Positions 30,037 to 40,380 of a stretch of 55,915 nt of DNA are shown piece by piece. The position numbers and the translations under genes were made by a program. The stretch's first letter is position 1. The number at the start of each line of letters is the position of its first letter. The stretch spans positions 1-55,915 of the forward strand of contig JADHMR010000005.1 of NCBI GenBank assembly GCA_016779945.1. Reading direction: 5' to 3'. Source of the stretch: Bacteroidia bacterium (GTDB taxonomy: Bacteria; Bacteroidota; Bacteroidia; NS11-12g; UBA9320). Under the pieces are notes generated by a model. That model saw nothing but the letters and a program-made list of their open reading frames with translations. It searched no databases and was not told the origin of the DNA.

Positions 30037-30632
30037 TGAGCCTACCCGTCATGGAATATTTTTACTCGGTACAGGGTGAAGGAGTTTTTGTAGGTCAACC
30101 TTCCTTTTTTATTCGTTTGGGTGGTTGTGATATTGGCTGTGTCTGGTGTGATGTAAAAGATAGTTGGGATGCAGAAAAGCACCCTAGGTTATCTGTAGAT
30201 TTTTTAATTGAAGAAGCTAATAAACATCCCAGTAAATTATTAATTATAACCGGGGGTGAGCCAGCTATGTATGATTTGACTGAATTGACAAAAAAATTCA
30301 AGGAAGCAGGCTATCGAATTCATATTGAAACAAGTGGAGCTTATCCTTTAATTGGTCATTTTGATTGGATTACATTTTCACCTAAGAAATTTAAGGCACC
30401 ATTGAAAGAGGTCGCAAGGATAGCCAACGAATTGAAGGTTGTGGTGTTCAATAAAAGTGATATTCAATGGGCAGAGGAACACCAAAAATTAGTTTCTTCG
30501 GATTGTAAACTGTTCCTTCAACCAGAATGGGATAAACGAGAGATTACTGAAAAGATAGTATTTGAATATTCCTTATCAAAGCCAAACTGGTTTGTGAGTC
30601 TGCAAACTCATAAATATTTGGGTGTAGATTAA
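30033..30632 (+). CDS. queE: 7-carboxy-7-deazaguanine synthase (radical SAM)
   Basis: FYSVQGEG, CDIGCVWCD, ITGGEP, IETSG, SLQTHKY. Confidence 0.92.
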   Translation: MMSLPVMEYFYSVQGEGVFVGQPSFFIRLGGCDIGCVWCDVKDSWDAEKHPRLSVDFLIEEANKHPSKLLIITGGEPAMYDLTELTKKFKEAGYRIHIETSGAYPLIGHFDWITFSPKKFKAPLKEVARIANELKVVVFNKSDIQWAEEHQKLVSSDCKLFLQPEWDKREITEKIVFEYSLSKPNWFVSLQTHKYLGVD

Positions 30633-30692
30633 GTTATCCCAATAACTTTAATAGGTCATATTACTTTCAATTGAGTATGAAAAAATCTCAAA

Positions 30693-32027
30693 TCACTGAA
30701 CATAGTTTTGTGCGGCACTAATTCTGCTAACGTTATGATTTCTTAATGTTTGAACAGCTGAATTAAACTGTCCATTAACATATGAATATCCGTTAACTTC
30801 ATTAGTTGCAGAAACATTCAAAAGGGATTCTTGATTGTCATAAATAGTTGTCATTCTACTATTTTCAAAAGAAGTTTCAATAAATGATTTAACGTAGCTT
30901 TTATAAATATTTTCGTACTCATTATCGGCAATAATATAGCTTATTAATGGCCAATCGTCTCCAACTTCGTTCATTTCAAAAGAGAGTGATCCCCCGCGTT
31001 TACCATTTTGAAAAGCTTCATTATTATCCCATGTTATCCATTTTATTAAATCGTCATTTGGATCGTGATAGAGGTAATAATTATGAGTCATTCTGCCATA
31101 GGTATCCCAATTCTGAAGTGTATTGTTTGCAGCGAGATATTTTAAAAATCCATCAACATCAAATACATTTTCTAAGTTTTTTTTCCATGCAGTAGGGTCA
31201 GTGTTTCGAGTGTCAGCGTGGAGCAAATCAAACATCTCTTTAATATCACTTCTGTTATTGATTTCTTCATTGGTTTTTAGTTCGAAGTCGTCTAGTGTAA
31301 AACCGTTCGTTGAAAATCTTGCACCATCTCCATCAGGTTTGTAACAATTTCCACTTTTAGATCCGAACCAGTTTTTTAGAAAAGTATCAAAAACAATCTC
31401 AGTCATGGTATAGACTCCATAATATTTATACGTTCCTGTGCCTTCATCAATATATATTTCATAAAAGGATGTCCTAACAGCGGGAACTCCGAAATTTCTG
31501 AATAGATCTGCAGCAGATTTTTCACGCATTATTGCAGGGTCGTTGTAATTACTGCTCAAAGACAGTTCTTTAAAACCATAAAAACGTTGATCTGAAATTT
31601 CGGGGAATTCATACTCCCACTTATCAAAGTCTAGCCTAAGAGGTAGTTTATTACTATTAGCTCTCAGCGATGAATTACCCTTGTATCTTATGCCAACATG
31701 TGCCCAAGTCATGTTATTAAAATTTACTTCACAATGAAAGTAATCCGGATTTTCAGTTGGGAAACCGCCTGGGCCTCCACCGCCTCTTTTTTGTGATAGA
31801 TCTCTTTGCATATCTTGCCACTCTTGAGTTGTAAATATGATATTAAGTCTATTTACCTTTTCTTGATTAAATACGACATCATAATCAGCTGGGAATCCGT
31901 TAGAATGACTAGCAGTCCCTTGTCTATTATCACCGTCTTGATTGGGTACAAAGATTTCTTTTTTACATGAAAACAAAACAAGAGTCAATAATGAAATACT
32001 TCCAATTTTTAACTTCCAATTTTTCAT
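30693..32027 (-). CDS. CotH-family atypical kinase, lipoprotein
   Basis: Lipobox LFSC. GIRYKGNSS, KLPLRLDF, YYGVYTMTE, WDTYGRMTHNYYLY, WDNNEAF. Confidence 0.85.
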   Translation of the reverse strand: MKNWKLKIGSISLLTLVLFSCKKEIFVPNQDGDNRQGTASHSNGFPADYDVVFNQEKVNRLNIIFTTQEWQDMQRDLSQKRGGGGPGGFPTENPDYFHCEVNFNNMTWAHVGIRYKGNSSLRANSNKLPLRLDFDKWEYEFPEISDQRFYGFKELSLSSNYNDPAIMREKSAADLFRNFGVPAVRTSFYEIYIDEGTGTYKYYGVYTMTEIVFDTFLKNWFGSKSGNCYKPDGDGARFSTNGFTLDDFELKTNEEINNRSDIKEMFDLLHADTRNTDPTAWKKNLENVFDVDGFLKYLAANNTLQNWDTYGRMTHNYYLYHDPNDDLIKWITWDNNEAFQNGKRGGSLSFEMNEVGDDWPLISYIIADNEYENIYKSYVKSFIETSFENSRMTTIYDNQESLLNVSATNEVNGYSYVNGQFNSAVQTLRNHNVSRISAAQNYVQ

Positions 32028-32034
32028 TTTAATG

Positions 32035-32727
32035 TTATTTAATGGTGAATTTATAGTTTATACCCATGATGTTTGTCCTTTTGGGGTAATCTCCAAAGAG
32101 TTCATTTTCAGTTCTTACGAAAGCACCTATGCTTCCTTTTTTCAATTTATAGTCCGAACCCAGCGTATAGCGAATTTTAAATATACCCTCGTTTACCGTA
32201 ATCCCATTGAATAGTTCAGCAGAAAATGTGGGGTCTATTTTCCAATCTCTAATATTGTAAGTAGATGCTACTTTGAATCGAACGGTTTTTATAATCTCAT
32301 CTGAAGTTCTTTCTAGTTCATCTTTATTTTGATATCTAATTCGATATTTCATTGCAAAGCGATCAATGGAATGTCTGAATTCGATGTCTCCATGCCATCT
32401 AAGGTGTTTTTCGTTACCTTGAATTTTACCTTCATTATCGTTCTCGATTATTAATCTAGAGGCAAAGCCGATACTCAAAAAGTCAGCTAGTTTGTATTTT
32501 AGCCCTAGTTGAGTAAAATTTACATCTAATGTGCTTGTATTATCTTTTAATCTGAGTTGTTGTGATAGGCTTAACCTTAACTTTTTTGTAGGTTTATATC
32601 GAAGATCAATAGATGTCCAAGTTTCAAAATCTTGTATCGTGTAATAGGTTCCGTCTTGGGCTTGAGAAACCATTGGTAGAAAAATTAATAAGCAGACGAC
32701 CAAACTTATATTTAATAATTTATTCAT
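32035..32727 (-). CDS. DUF2490 outer-membrane beta-barrel protein
   Basis: Sec signal (SQA-Q). DFETW, Q.RL, RIRYQ, amphipathic strands and a C-terminal INYKF. Confidence 0.7.
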   Translation of the reverse strand: MNKLLNISLVVCLLIFLPMVSQAQDGTYYTIQDFETWTSIDLRYKPTKKLRLSLSQQLRLKDNTSTLDVNFTQLGLKYKLADFLSIGFASRLIIENDNEGKIQGNEKHLRWHGDIEFRHSIDRFAMKYRIRYQNKDELERTSDEIIKTVRFKVASTYNIRDWKIDPTFSAELFNGITVNEGIFKIRYTLGSDYKLKKGSIGAFVRTENELFGDYPKRTNIMGINYKFTIK

Positions 32728-33328
32728 GAGGTTTCAAATATTTAATAGTGATTAAAGTGGTATCTCTTAAGAAATCAATTGACCCAATTTCAACATCTAC
32801 TACGGTAAGACCTGTTCTCTCTTCAAGGTCTTGTATTAGTATGTCTCTCATTTCAGGTTTGATATTTTCAATTTTTTCGTAAGTGATTTTTTTACTTAGC
32901 GTATTTTCTCTGAACAATAACCGCTCAATGAGGTATATTGTAATAACAACAATGATGTTTGCACCCACAATTTCTGCATAGCTCATCTTTTGATTAGCTA
33001 ATGAGTTTATGACTGATATACCAATAATTATAAATAGGTAAGTCATTTCTTTGATAGGTATAGGATTGGTCCGGTAGCGTATAATTCCAAAAATCGCAAA
33101 CAATCCTAAAGCCATACCAATATCTAATTCATATTTTTTAAGTGTAAAGCAAAGAAAGAATACAATTATACCTATCATATAATAGGTAAATAGATAATCT
33201 CTATTTTTTACAGTAGAATAGTATAACCATTGAATAATGATTATTAAAAAGGAGATGTTGAGTAAAAATCGAAACATCATTTTATAGAAGTCATCATCAA
33301 ATAGGGGTATGCTCAAAAACTCACTCAT
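32720..33328 (-). CDS. DUF4956 inner-membrane protein
   Basis: Hydrophobic helices with ALGLFAIFGIIRYRTNPIPIKEMTYLF, plus a soluble C-terminal domain (DLEERTGL). Confidence 0.85.
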   Translation of the reverse strand: MSEFLSIPLFDDDFYKMMFRFLLNISFLIIIIQWLYYSTVKNRDYLFTYYMIGIIVFFLCFTLKKYELDIGMALGLFAIFGIIRYRTNPIPIKEMTYLFIIIGISVINSLANQKMSYAEIVGANIIVVITIYLIERLLFRENTLSKKITYEKIENIKPEMRDILIQDLEERTGLTVVDVEIGSIDFLRDTTLITIKYLKPHE

Positions 33329-34059
33329 AGGTTATTTATTTTACTGATTTTATTGAATTTACTTTTAAATATATTTTGCTTTAAGGATGCATCACTTTTT
33401 GCCATACCCATGCAATATTTACTTAATCTCATTGGGTGAATACCCATTGAACTTAACGATTGATATACTGGTGAATGCCTATTTATACGTTCATGTTTTA
33501 ATTCAAGAATAACAAGATTTTGGTAGAAAGGGGCACCATTAAACGATAGATTTGAGTCAATAGTTACTCGTTCAGTTAAATGCTTATTAACAAGAGTGAA
33601 TCGATTGAATTGATTGTCTATTGATTTTTCAAGAGTATAATTTTCACCAATTGTCTTATGAATAAAGGATAGTGAATTCATGTCTAATTTTTCATTGAAT
33701 GAAGTAATTGGTATCCTTTTTTTTGAGGTATTTCCGTTATTAGATTTCTTTTTCACTTCTAAGAAAAATAAATTGGATTCTACATAATTGCGAATTCTGA
33801 CTTTCACTCTTTTTGCTTTGCCATTATGATGCATTAGGTATAGATGAGCATCAGGTGTATCAAAGTAATTAGACTTGTAGGTCATCATACGATTTTGACC
33901 GATTTTTAAAACCTTATACTGTTCTTTAATATATTCTAATAGGAGAGGAACTAAGCTAACGTGAAAAACAAATTTTGTATCAACTCTTTTCATCAGTGAT
34001 ACAGCTTCCATTTCATTAAGAGATATGGATTCGAATTTATCTAAGTTATATGAAATCAA
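33325..34059 (-). CDS. VTC-domain (CYTH/TTM fold) polyphosphate polymerase domain protein
   Basis: LMKRVDTKF, YFDT, KVRIRNY, FLEVKKK, ERVTID, ILELK, SKYC. TTG start. Confidence 0.85.
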   Translation of the reverse strand: MISYNLDKFESISLNEMEAVSLMKRVDTKFVFHVSLVPLLLEYIKEQYKVLKIGQNRMMTYKSNYFDTPDAHLYLMHHNGKAKRVKVRIRNYVESNLFFLEVKKKSNNGNTSKKRIPITSFNEKLDMNSLSFIHKTIGENYTLEKSIDNQFNRFTLVNKHLTERVTIDSNLSFNGAPFYQNLVILELKHERINRHSPVYQSLSSMGIHPMRLSKYCMGMAKSDASLKQNIFKSKFNKISKINNL

Positions 34060-34096
34060 ATGTATATGGTAAAGATTTATAATTCAATTACATTAC

Positions 34097-34141
34097 TTTG
34101 ATTTTTAAGTTACGTTAATTGAAAGTTTATTTTACGTTAAT
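34097..34141 (-). promoter_or_regulatory. 11-bp periodic direct repeats (Pho-box/OmpR-family operator-like) upstream of the VTC operon
   Basis: Minus strand reads TTAACGTAAAA|TAAACTTTCAA|TTAACGTAACT|TAAAAATCAAA. The exact 10-mer TTACGTTAAT occurs at 34110 and 34132, 22 bp apart. Confidence 0.5.
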
Positions 34142-34206
34142 AAATTACAAATAAAAGCATTTAAATATAACTTATACGTCATGGATGAGCTAATGCAAGC
34201 AAAAAA

Positions 34207-35361
34207 TTATAACCAATGAAGATGATAGTCCTTGATTTCTAAATCTAGGGCTGCCTTTGTTACTCTCAATGGCTTGAAGGTATCAATCATTACTGCAAGT
34301 TCTTCTGTGGCGGATTTTCCGATACTGGCTTCTTGAGCTCCAGGTGTTGGACCATGAGGTATTCCTCCTGGATGAAGACTCATTTGACCAGGTTCAACAT
34401 GTCCCTTACTCATAAATTGTCCATCGACATAATACATCACTTCATCGCTATCAATATTGCTGTGCCAATAGGGAGCTGGTATGCTAAGTGGATGATAATC
34501 AAATAATCGAGGCACAAAACTGCATATTACAAAATTGTGTGCTTCAAACGTTTGATGGATTGGGGGTGGAAGATGAATTCTGCCCGTGATAGGCTCAAAA
34601 TCATGTATACTAAAAATAAAGGGGTAATGAAAACCATCCCATCCAATCAAGCAAAACGGATGATATTTATAGGTATAAGGGTAAAGTTTATCTTCTTTTT
34701 TAGTTTTAATCAAAAACTCACCTTCTTCAATTATAGTTTCAAGATTTTCAGGTTGTTTAATGTCTCTTTCGCAGAAAGGAGAGTGTTCTAAAAGTTGTCC
34801 GGTTTTACTGGTATATCTTTTGGGATATAAAACAGGACTATGACTCTCTATGATGAGAAGTTTGTTGTCCTCACTATCAAACTCCATTTGATAAATCACT
34901 CCTCTTGGAATAACGATGTAGTCACCATACTTAAATTTAAGTTGTCCGTAATTGGTTCTACACGTGCCACTTCCATGATGAACAAAAATCACTTCATCAC
35001 TGTCGCCATTTTTGTAGAAATAGTTTTTCATGCTCTTACGTGGTTTGGCCATACATATTTGAACATCACTATTCGTCAAAAGGATGACACGACTATCCAA
35101 GAAATCATCTTCGGGTGCTACGTCAAAACTTTTGAAACTACGATGAAGCATTTCCATATCTCCAGCTAATTCTGGTTTGAGAGATGTGGGTTCATCTACT
35201 TTGATTATAGCAGTAGGAGGATAGTGGTGGTATAATAAACTGTAACTGTTAGAAAATCCTTCAGTTGAAAAAAGTTCTTCAGCATACAGTTCGCCGTCAG
35301 GCCTTCTAAATTGGGTATGTCTCTTTGGGGGTATTTGTCCTAAGCTTTTATAGTGTGGCAT
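34207..35361 (-). CDS. hmgA: Homogentisate 1,2-dioxygenase
   Basis: PPKRHTQF, EGFS..YSLLYH, GRIHLPPPIHQTF, PYWHSNIDSDE, HPGGIPHGP, AVMIDTF. Confidence 0.9.
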   Translation of the reverse strand: MPHYKSLGQIPPKRHTQFRRPDGELYAEELFSTEGFSNSYSLLYHHYPPTAIIKVDEPTSLKPELAGDMEMLHRSFKSFDVAPEDDFLDSRVILLTNSDVQICMAKPRKSMKNYFYKNGDSDEVIFVHHGSGTCRTNYGQLKFKYGDYIVIPRGVIYQMEFDSEDNKLLIIESHSPVLYPKRYTSKTGQLLEHSPFCERDIKQPENLETIIEEGEFLIKTKKEDKLYPYTYKYHPFCLIGWDGFHYPFIFSIHDFEPITGRIHLPPPIHQTFEAHNFVICSFVPRLFDYHPLSIPAPYWHSNIDSDEVMYYVDGQFMSKGHVEPGQMSLHPGGIPHGPTPGAQEASIGKSATEELAVMIDTFKPLRVTKAALDLEIKDYHLHWL

Positions 35362-35497
35362 ATGTATTTAAATGATACTTCAAAAGTACATAATTGAAAA
35401 TTTAGTTAGATTATAGCTACTTGCAAAACGTTAAATTATTAAATAATTACCTATGTTCATTAACCCAACTCACTCAATATCTTACCTTTGCATATCA

Positions 35498-36532
35498 ATG
35501 AGATATGTACTTCATTTTTTATTAGGATTTTTTGCAGTCGTAGGCATATTCACTTCAGGGTGTAATAGCTTAAGTAACCAATCTAGGAGTCTGTCTAGTG
35601 ATACTACCATAAGTTTAGAGGCTAGAGAATGGAGTAAAAAAATAGATCAGTCCCCAAATATTGCTGAATATTACATACAACGTGCTGAAGTACTAAATAA
35701 TGAAAAAAGACATGATCTAGCTATTCTAGATTATCAACAAGCAATTCAATTAGAACCAGATAATTGTGCTTCATACTATAAACTTGGTGATGCATACTTT
35801 GCTGCAGATCAAACGACCAAAGCACTTGAATATTATAAATTAGCCGAGCGTGCGAACCCCAATGATGTTGAGGCAGTCTTCAAACATGCCCAGTTCTTAT
35901 ATTTTGTGAGACAATTTGATAAAGGCAAAATTAAATTTGGTAAATTATTGAATCTGAATCCTGAACATGCTGAAGGACATTTTTACAGTGCAATGTTGCA
36001 CAAAGAGTCTGGTGATACACTTCAAGCAATTTATTTATTCAAGAAAACCATCGAATTACTCGGAGCTGATTATAATAGCAGCATGCAATTAGGAACTATC
36101 TATGAGGCTCAAAACGAAATTAATAAATCTATTCAGTCCTATCAGCAAGCCATTAATACGGATCCCAACAGCGATGAAGCCTATTATGCAATAGGACTGG
36201 GATATCAGAAAATCGGAGATAATATACTTGCCATGAAGAATTATCAAAAAGCCATTGATATCAATTCACAACATTTTTTGGCCTATTACAATGCTGGTAA
36301 TATATTAGCAGCTGATGAAAATTACACTTCAGCAATTGACCATTTTGAGATTTGCTTGAGATTGAAACCTGATCTTGCAAAAGCATACAATCGAATTGGT
36401 CAATGTTTTGAACTCTTGAGTACAGATAATAAAGCAACTGAAAATTATCTAAAATGTTTAGAAATAGACCCTAATTTTGCACTCGCCAAAGAGGGATTAG
36501 CCCGTTTAGGTAAAATAGAATCGACAAACTAA
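35498..36532 (+). CDS. TPR-repeat lipoprotein
   Basis: Start follows TACCTTTG (35483-35490). Lipobox TSGC and multiple TPR units (A...YQQAI..DP, AYYNAG, AYNRIG). Confidence 0.85.
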   Translation: MRYVLHFLLGFFAVVGIFTSGCNSLSNQSRSLSSDTTISLEAREWSKKIDQSPNIAEYYIQRAEVLNNEKRHDLAILDYQQAIQLEPDNCASYYKLGDAYFAADQTTKALEYYKLAERANPNDVEAVFKHAQFLYFVRQFDKGKIKFGKLLNLNPEHAEGHFYSAMLHKESGDTLQAIYLFKKTIELLGADYNSSMQLGTIYEAQNEINKSIQSYQQAINTDPNSDEAYYAIGLGYQKIGDNILAMKNYQKAIDINSQHFLAYYNAGNILAADENYTSAIDHFEICLRLKPDLAKAYNRIGQCFELLSTDNKATENYLKCLEIDPNFALAKEGLARLGKIESTN

Positions 36533-36543
36533 AAAAGTTAAAA

Positions 36544-38475
36544 TTGAACATTAAAATAACATTACCTGATGGTTCAGTCAGAGAGATTTCTCAGGGAGAT
36601 ACTGCTTTGGATGTTGCCAAAGGAATTAGCGAAGGACTTGCCCGCGTTGTAGTAAGTGCCAAAATCAATGGTGAGGTTTGGGATTTGAATCGTCCCATCA
36701 CGGAAGATTCTACATTGAGCTTATTAAAATTTGATGACTTAGATGGCAAAAAGACTTTTTGGCATAGTAGTTCCCATCTACTTGCGGAGGCTTTAGAGGC
36801 ATTATATCCAGGGGTTAAACTAGGGATTGGTCCTGCTATAGATAATGGATTTTATTATGATGTTGACTTTGGAGACCAACAATTCTCGTCTAATGATTTT
36901 GAAAAAGTAGAGCAAAAAATGAAAGAGCTAGCCAGTCAGGCAAATTCTTTTGAGCGAAAAGAAATTTCGAAGGCAGATGCAATCGACTATTTCAAAGAAA
37001 AAAATGACCCTTATAAATTGGAGTTAATTGATGGTCTTGATGATGGTTCAATTACTTTTTATACGCAGGGTAATTTTACGGATTTATGCCGTGGTCCACA
37101 CATTCAAAATACTTCTTCTATCAAAGCCATTAAGCTATTAAACGTTGCGGCTGCATACTGGAGAGGTGATGAAAAAAACAAGTCACTAACTCGAATTTAT
37201 GGTGTTTCATTTCCCAAGGCAGGAATGCTGAAAGAGCACCTGAATTTATTAGAAGAAGCCAAAAAGCGTGACCATCGCAAGCTTGGCAGAGAATTGGAGT
37301 TATTTATGTTTAGTGAAAAGGTTGGAGCAGGATTACCACTTTGGCTCCCCAAAGGGACTGCAATTCGAGAACGTCTTGAAAATTTTATGAGGCAAGCTCA
37401 AATAGAACGTGGATATAAGCAAGTAGTAACCCCACATATTGGTCGTAAAGAGTTATACGTGACTTCCGGACATTATGATAAGTATGGTGAAGATAGTTTT
37501 CAACCCATAAAAACACCGAGTGAAGACGAAGAGTTTCTATTAAAACCAATGAACTGTCCTCATCATTGTGAAGTATTTAAATTTAAACCTAAAAGCTACA
37601 AAGAGTTGCCCCTTCGAATTGCCGAATTCGGCACGGTATATAGGTATGAGCAAAGTGGTGAGTTAAATGGTCTAACTCGAGTACGCGGATTTACACAAGA
37701 TGATGCACATATTTTTTGTACACCTGATCAGCTAAAAGCAGAGTTTGTAGATGTCATTGATTTAGTGATGCATGTTTTTGGAAAACTAGGGTTTGAAGAT
37801 TTCACAGCTCAAATTTCGCTTCGTGATCCTGAAAACAAGCAGAAATATATAGGTAGTGACGAAAATTGGGATAAGGCTGAGAAAGCAATTATTGAAGCAA
37901 CTGCAGAACGGGATATGAAAACAGTAACCGAATATGGAGAAGCTGCTTTTTATGGCCCAAAGCTAGATTTCATGGTAAAAGACGCGTTAGGAAGAAGTTG
38001 GCAATTAGGTACAATTCAAGTAGATTACAACTTACCTGAACGATTTGATTTAGATTATATTGGTTCTGATAATGAAAAACACAGACCTGTAATGATACAT
38101 CGTGCACCTTTTGGAAGCATGGAACGATTCATTGGAATATTGATAGAACATACTGCTGGAAATTTTCCGCTATGGTTGAGCCCAGAACAAGTAGCAATCC
38201 TTCCAATTAGTGAAAAGTATCACGATTACTCCGATAAAGTTTTAAAATTCCTCAATAAAAACGATATTCGCGGGCTTATTGACGAGCGTGCCGAAAAAAT
38301 TGGACGAAAAATTCGCGATGCTTGGGCTTCAAAAATTCCAGTAATGATAATTATTGGAGAGGAAGAGTCTGATAATCAGGAGGTTTCGGTCAGAGTTCAA
38401 GGCGAAGGCGATGTTGGTAAGTTTAAATTAGATGAGTTTGTAGATTACTTCAACTCATTATTGAATAAAGAATAA
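36544..38475 (+). CDS. thrS: Threonine--tRNA ligase
   Basis: TGS domain [60 protein letters not shown] start. Confidence 0.97.
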   Translation: MNIKITLPDGSVREISQGDTALDVAKGISEGLARVVVSAKINGEVWDLNRPITEDSTLSLLKFDDLDGKKTFWHSSSHLLAEALEALYPGVKLGIGPAIDNGFYYDVDFGDQQFSSNDFEKVEQKMKELASQANSFERKEISKADAIDYFKEKNDPYKLELIDGLDDGSITFYTQGNFTDLCRGPHIQNTSSIKAIKLLNVAAAYWRGDEKNKSLTRIYGVSFPKAGMLKEHLNLLEEAKKRDHRKLGRELELFMFSEKVGAGLPLWLPKGTAIRERLENFMRQAQIERGYKQVVTPHIGRKELYVTSGHYDKYGEDSFQPIKTPSEDEEFLLKPMNCPHHCEVFKFKPKSYKELPLRIAEFGTVYRYEQSGELNGLTRVRGFTQDDAHIFCTPDQLKAEFVDVIDLVMHVFGKLGFEDFTAQISLRDPENKQKYIGSDENWDKAEKAIIEATAERDMKTVTEYGEAAFYGPKLDFMVKDALGRSWQLGTIQVDYNLPERFDLDYIGSDNEKHRPVMIHRAPFGSMERFIGILIEHTAGNFPLWLSPEQVAILPISEKYHDYSDKVLKFLNKNDIRGLIDERAEKIGRKIRDAWASKIPVMIIIGEEESDNQEVSVRVQGEGDVGKFKLDEFVDYFNSLLNKE

Positions 38476-38483
38476 ATAAATAC

Positions 38484-39020
38484 TTGAAGATAAAAAGAAA
38501 GCCATTTAGGGGTAGAGTTAAAGATCCCCACAGAATTAATGAGTTCATCATTGCAGATCCTGTACGTTTAGTAGGAGAAAATGTTGAGCAAGGAATTACA
38601 GATCTCTCAGTTGCAATCAGTATTGCACAGGAGCAAGATCTTGATTTGGTTGAAGTTTCTCCAAAGGCAAACCCGCCAGTTTGTAAGGTCATCGATTATC
38701 GAAAATTTTTGTATGACCAGAAGAAAAAAGCCAAAGAGCTTAAATCTACGCAAGCAAAGACGGATATTAAAGAGATAAGATTCGGACCTAATACGGACGA
38801 GCATGATGTTAACTTCAAGTTGAAGCATGCAGAGAAATTTATCGAAGATGGACACAAAGTGAGAGCTTATGTGTTTTTTAGAGGTAGATCAATCGTATTT
38901 AAGGAAAGAGGAGAACTTTTGTTACTTCAGTTTGCAGAAAAGTTGCAAGAAGTAGCTAAGTTAGAGCAAATGCCTAAAATGGAAGGCAAAAAAATGATCA
39001 TTGTTTTAGCACCTAAATAA
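38484..39020 (+). CDS. infC: Translation initiation factor IF-3
   Basis: RINE.I, DLVEVSP.ANPPVCK, KEIRFGP, FRGR. Non-AUG start (TTG 38484 or ATA 38490). Confidence 0.95.
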   Translation: MKIKRKPFRGRVKDPHRINEFIIADPVRLVGENVEQGITDLSVAISIAQEQDLDLVEVSPKANPPVCKVIDYRKFLYDQKKKAKELKSTQAKTDIKEIRFGPNTDEHDVNFKLKHAEKFIEDGHKVRAYVFFRGRSIVFKERGELLLLQFAEKLQEVAKLEQMPKMEGKKMIIVLAPK

Positions 39021-39037
39021 ATTAAAAAAGAGAGAAA

Positions 39038-39238
39038 ATGCCAAAGATGAAAACCAACTCTAGTGCCAAGAAGAGATTCAGAATCACTGGAACTGGTAAA
39101 ATTAAAAGAAAACACGCTTACAAGCGTCACATTCTTACAAAGAAGTCTAAAAAGAGAAAATTAGCTTTAAGACACAGTGGTTTAGTTCATCCATCAGATG
39201 AAAGTAATATCAAGTTTTTGTTAAGAATCGGAAAGTAA
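39038..39238 (+). CDS. rpmI: 50S ribosomal protein L35
   Basis: [25 protein letters not shown]. Confidence 0.97.
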   Translation: MPKMKTNSSAKKRFRITGTGKIKRKHAYKRHILTKKSKKRKLALRHSGLVHPSDESNIKFLLRIGK

Positions 39239-39323
39239 TGTTAGCCAAGAGCTAATAAAGTACCATTATTCGGGCCAAAAAGTTTCGTATTTAACGAACG
39301 CCTAGTTTAAAAAAAAGAAAAAA

Positions 39324-39671
39324 ATGCCAAGATCAGTAAATGCAGTAGCCTCAAGGAGGAGACGAAAAAAAATGATGAAACACGCCAAAGGTTACTTTGG
39401 TAGAAGAAAAAATGTATGGACAGTTGCTAAAAATGCCGTTGAAAAGGCGTGGCAATATTCCTACAGAGACAGAAAAAACAACAAAAGAAACTTTCGCCGT
39501 TTATGGATTACCAGAATTAATGCTGGTGCTCGTTTACACGGTATGAGTTATTCCCAGTTTATGGGCGGTGTTCATGAAAATGGAATTGAGCTTAATAGAA
39601 AAGTTCTAGCAGACCTTGCTATGAACCATCCTGAAGCTTTTGCAGCCATTGTGAAAAAAGTAAAAAAGTAA
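39324..39671 (+). CDS. rplT: 50S ribosomal protein L20
   Basis: [36 protein letters not shown]. Confidence 0.97.
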   Translation: MPRSVNAVASRRRRKKMMKHAKGYFGRRKNVWTVAKNAVEKAWQYSYRDRKNNKRNFRRLWITRINAGARLHGMSYSQFMGGVHENGIELNRKVLADLAMNHPEAFAAIVKKVKK

Positions 39672-39694
39672 TTTAACTCGCTAAAATAATACTT

Positions 39695-39721
39695 AAGCCC
39701 TCCATTTGGTGGGCTTTTTTT
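39695..39721 (+). terminator. Intrinsic terminator of the thrS-rplT operon
   Basis: AAGCCC..CCA/TGG..GGGCTT hairpin followed by a T run. Confidence 0.8.
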
Positions 39722-39751
39722 GTGCTTGTATTTTATGAGTATACAAACATA

Positions 39752-40360
39752 TTAGTGCATACGATCGCCCCTTATCTCAATTTTTTTGACCATTTCAGCC
39801 TCAAAAGCGATAAACTCATCCCATCGATTTGTTACATATTCACTCGAACCAAACTCTTTTGCAAGATTTATGAATGCTTTATAATGTCCTGCTTCACTAA
39901 CCATAAAATCATGATAAAATTTTTTAAGTTCTTGATCTTGGATGTGAACACTTAATAGTCTAAAACGCTCACAACTTCTTGCTTCAATCATTGCGAATGA
40001 TAGCAAGTATTCGATAATCTGCTTATTTATATGATTGCCTTTTCTAATATAGCTGTTCAGCTGATTGACATATTCATCTTTTCGCTGATGACCCAATTCA
40101 AAACCTCTCTTTTTTAATTCTTTAACTACTTTTCTAAAATGCCCCCATTCCTCTGCTACAATTGGTGAAATTACTTCTACTATTTTAGGGTATTTACTAA
40201 ACTTACTAATAATACTTATTCCATGAACAGCAGCTTTTTGTTCGCACCATGCGTGGTCAGTTAAAATGAATTCTATGCTTTTCTCTGCAATATTGACCCA
40301 CCTTGGATCTGTAGCCATTTCAAGTCCGAGTGTGGTTTTTATTTTTTCTGAACTGTTCAT
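39752..40360 (-). CDS. miaE: tRNA ms2i6A37 hydroxylase (MiaE-like, ferritin-like di-iron)
   Basis: DHAWCEQKAA, EEWGHF, IEARSCERF, SEAGHY. Confidence 0.85.
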   Translation of the reverse strand: MNSSEKIKTTLGLEMATDPRWVNIAEKSIEFILTDHAWCEQKAAVHGISIISKFSKYPKIVEVISPIVAEEWGHFRKVVKELKKRGFELGHQRKDEYVNQLNSYIRKGNHINKQIIEYLLSFAMIEARSCERFRLLSVHIQDQELKKFYHDFMVSEAGHYKAFINLAKEFGSSEYVTNRWDEFIAFEAEMVKKIEIRGDRMH

Positions 40361-40380
40361 CCTCAAATGTATTTTCTAAA

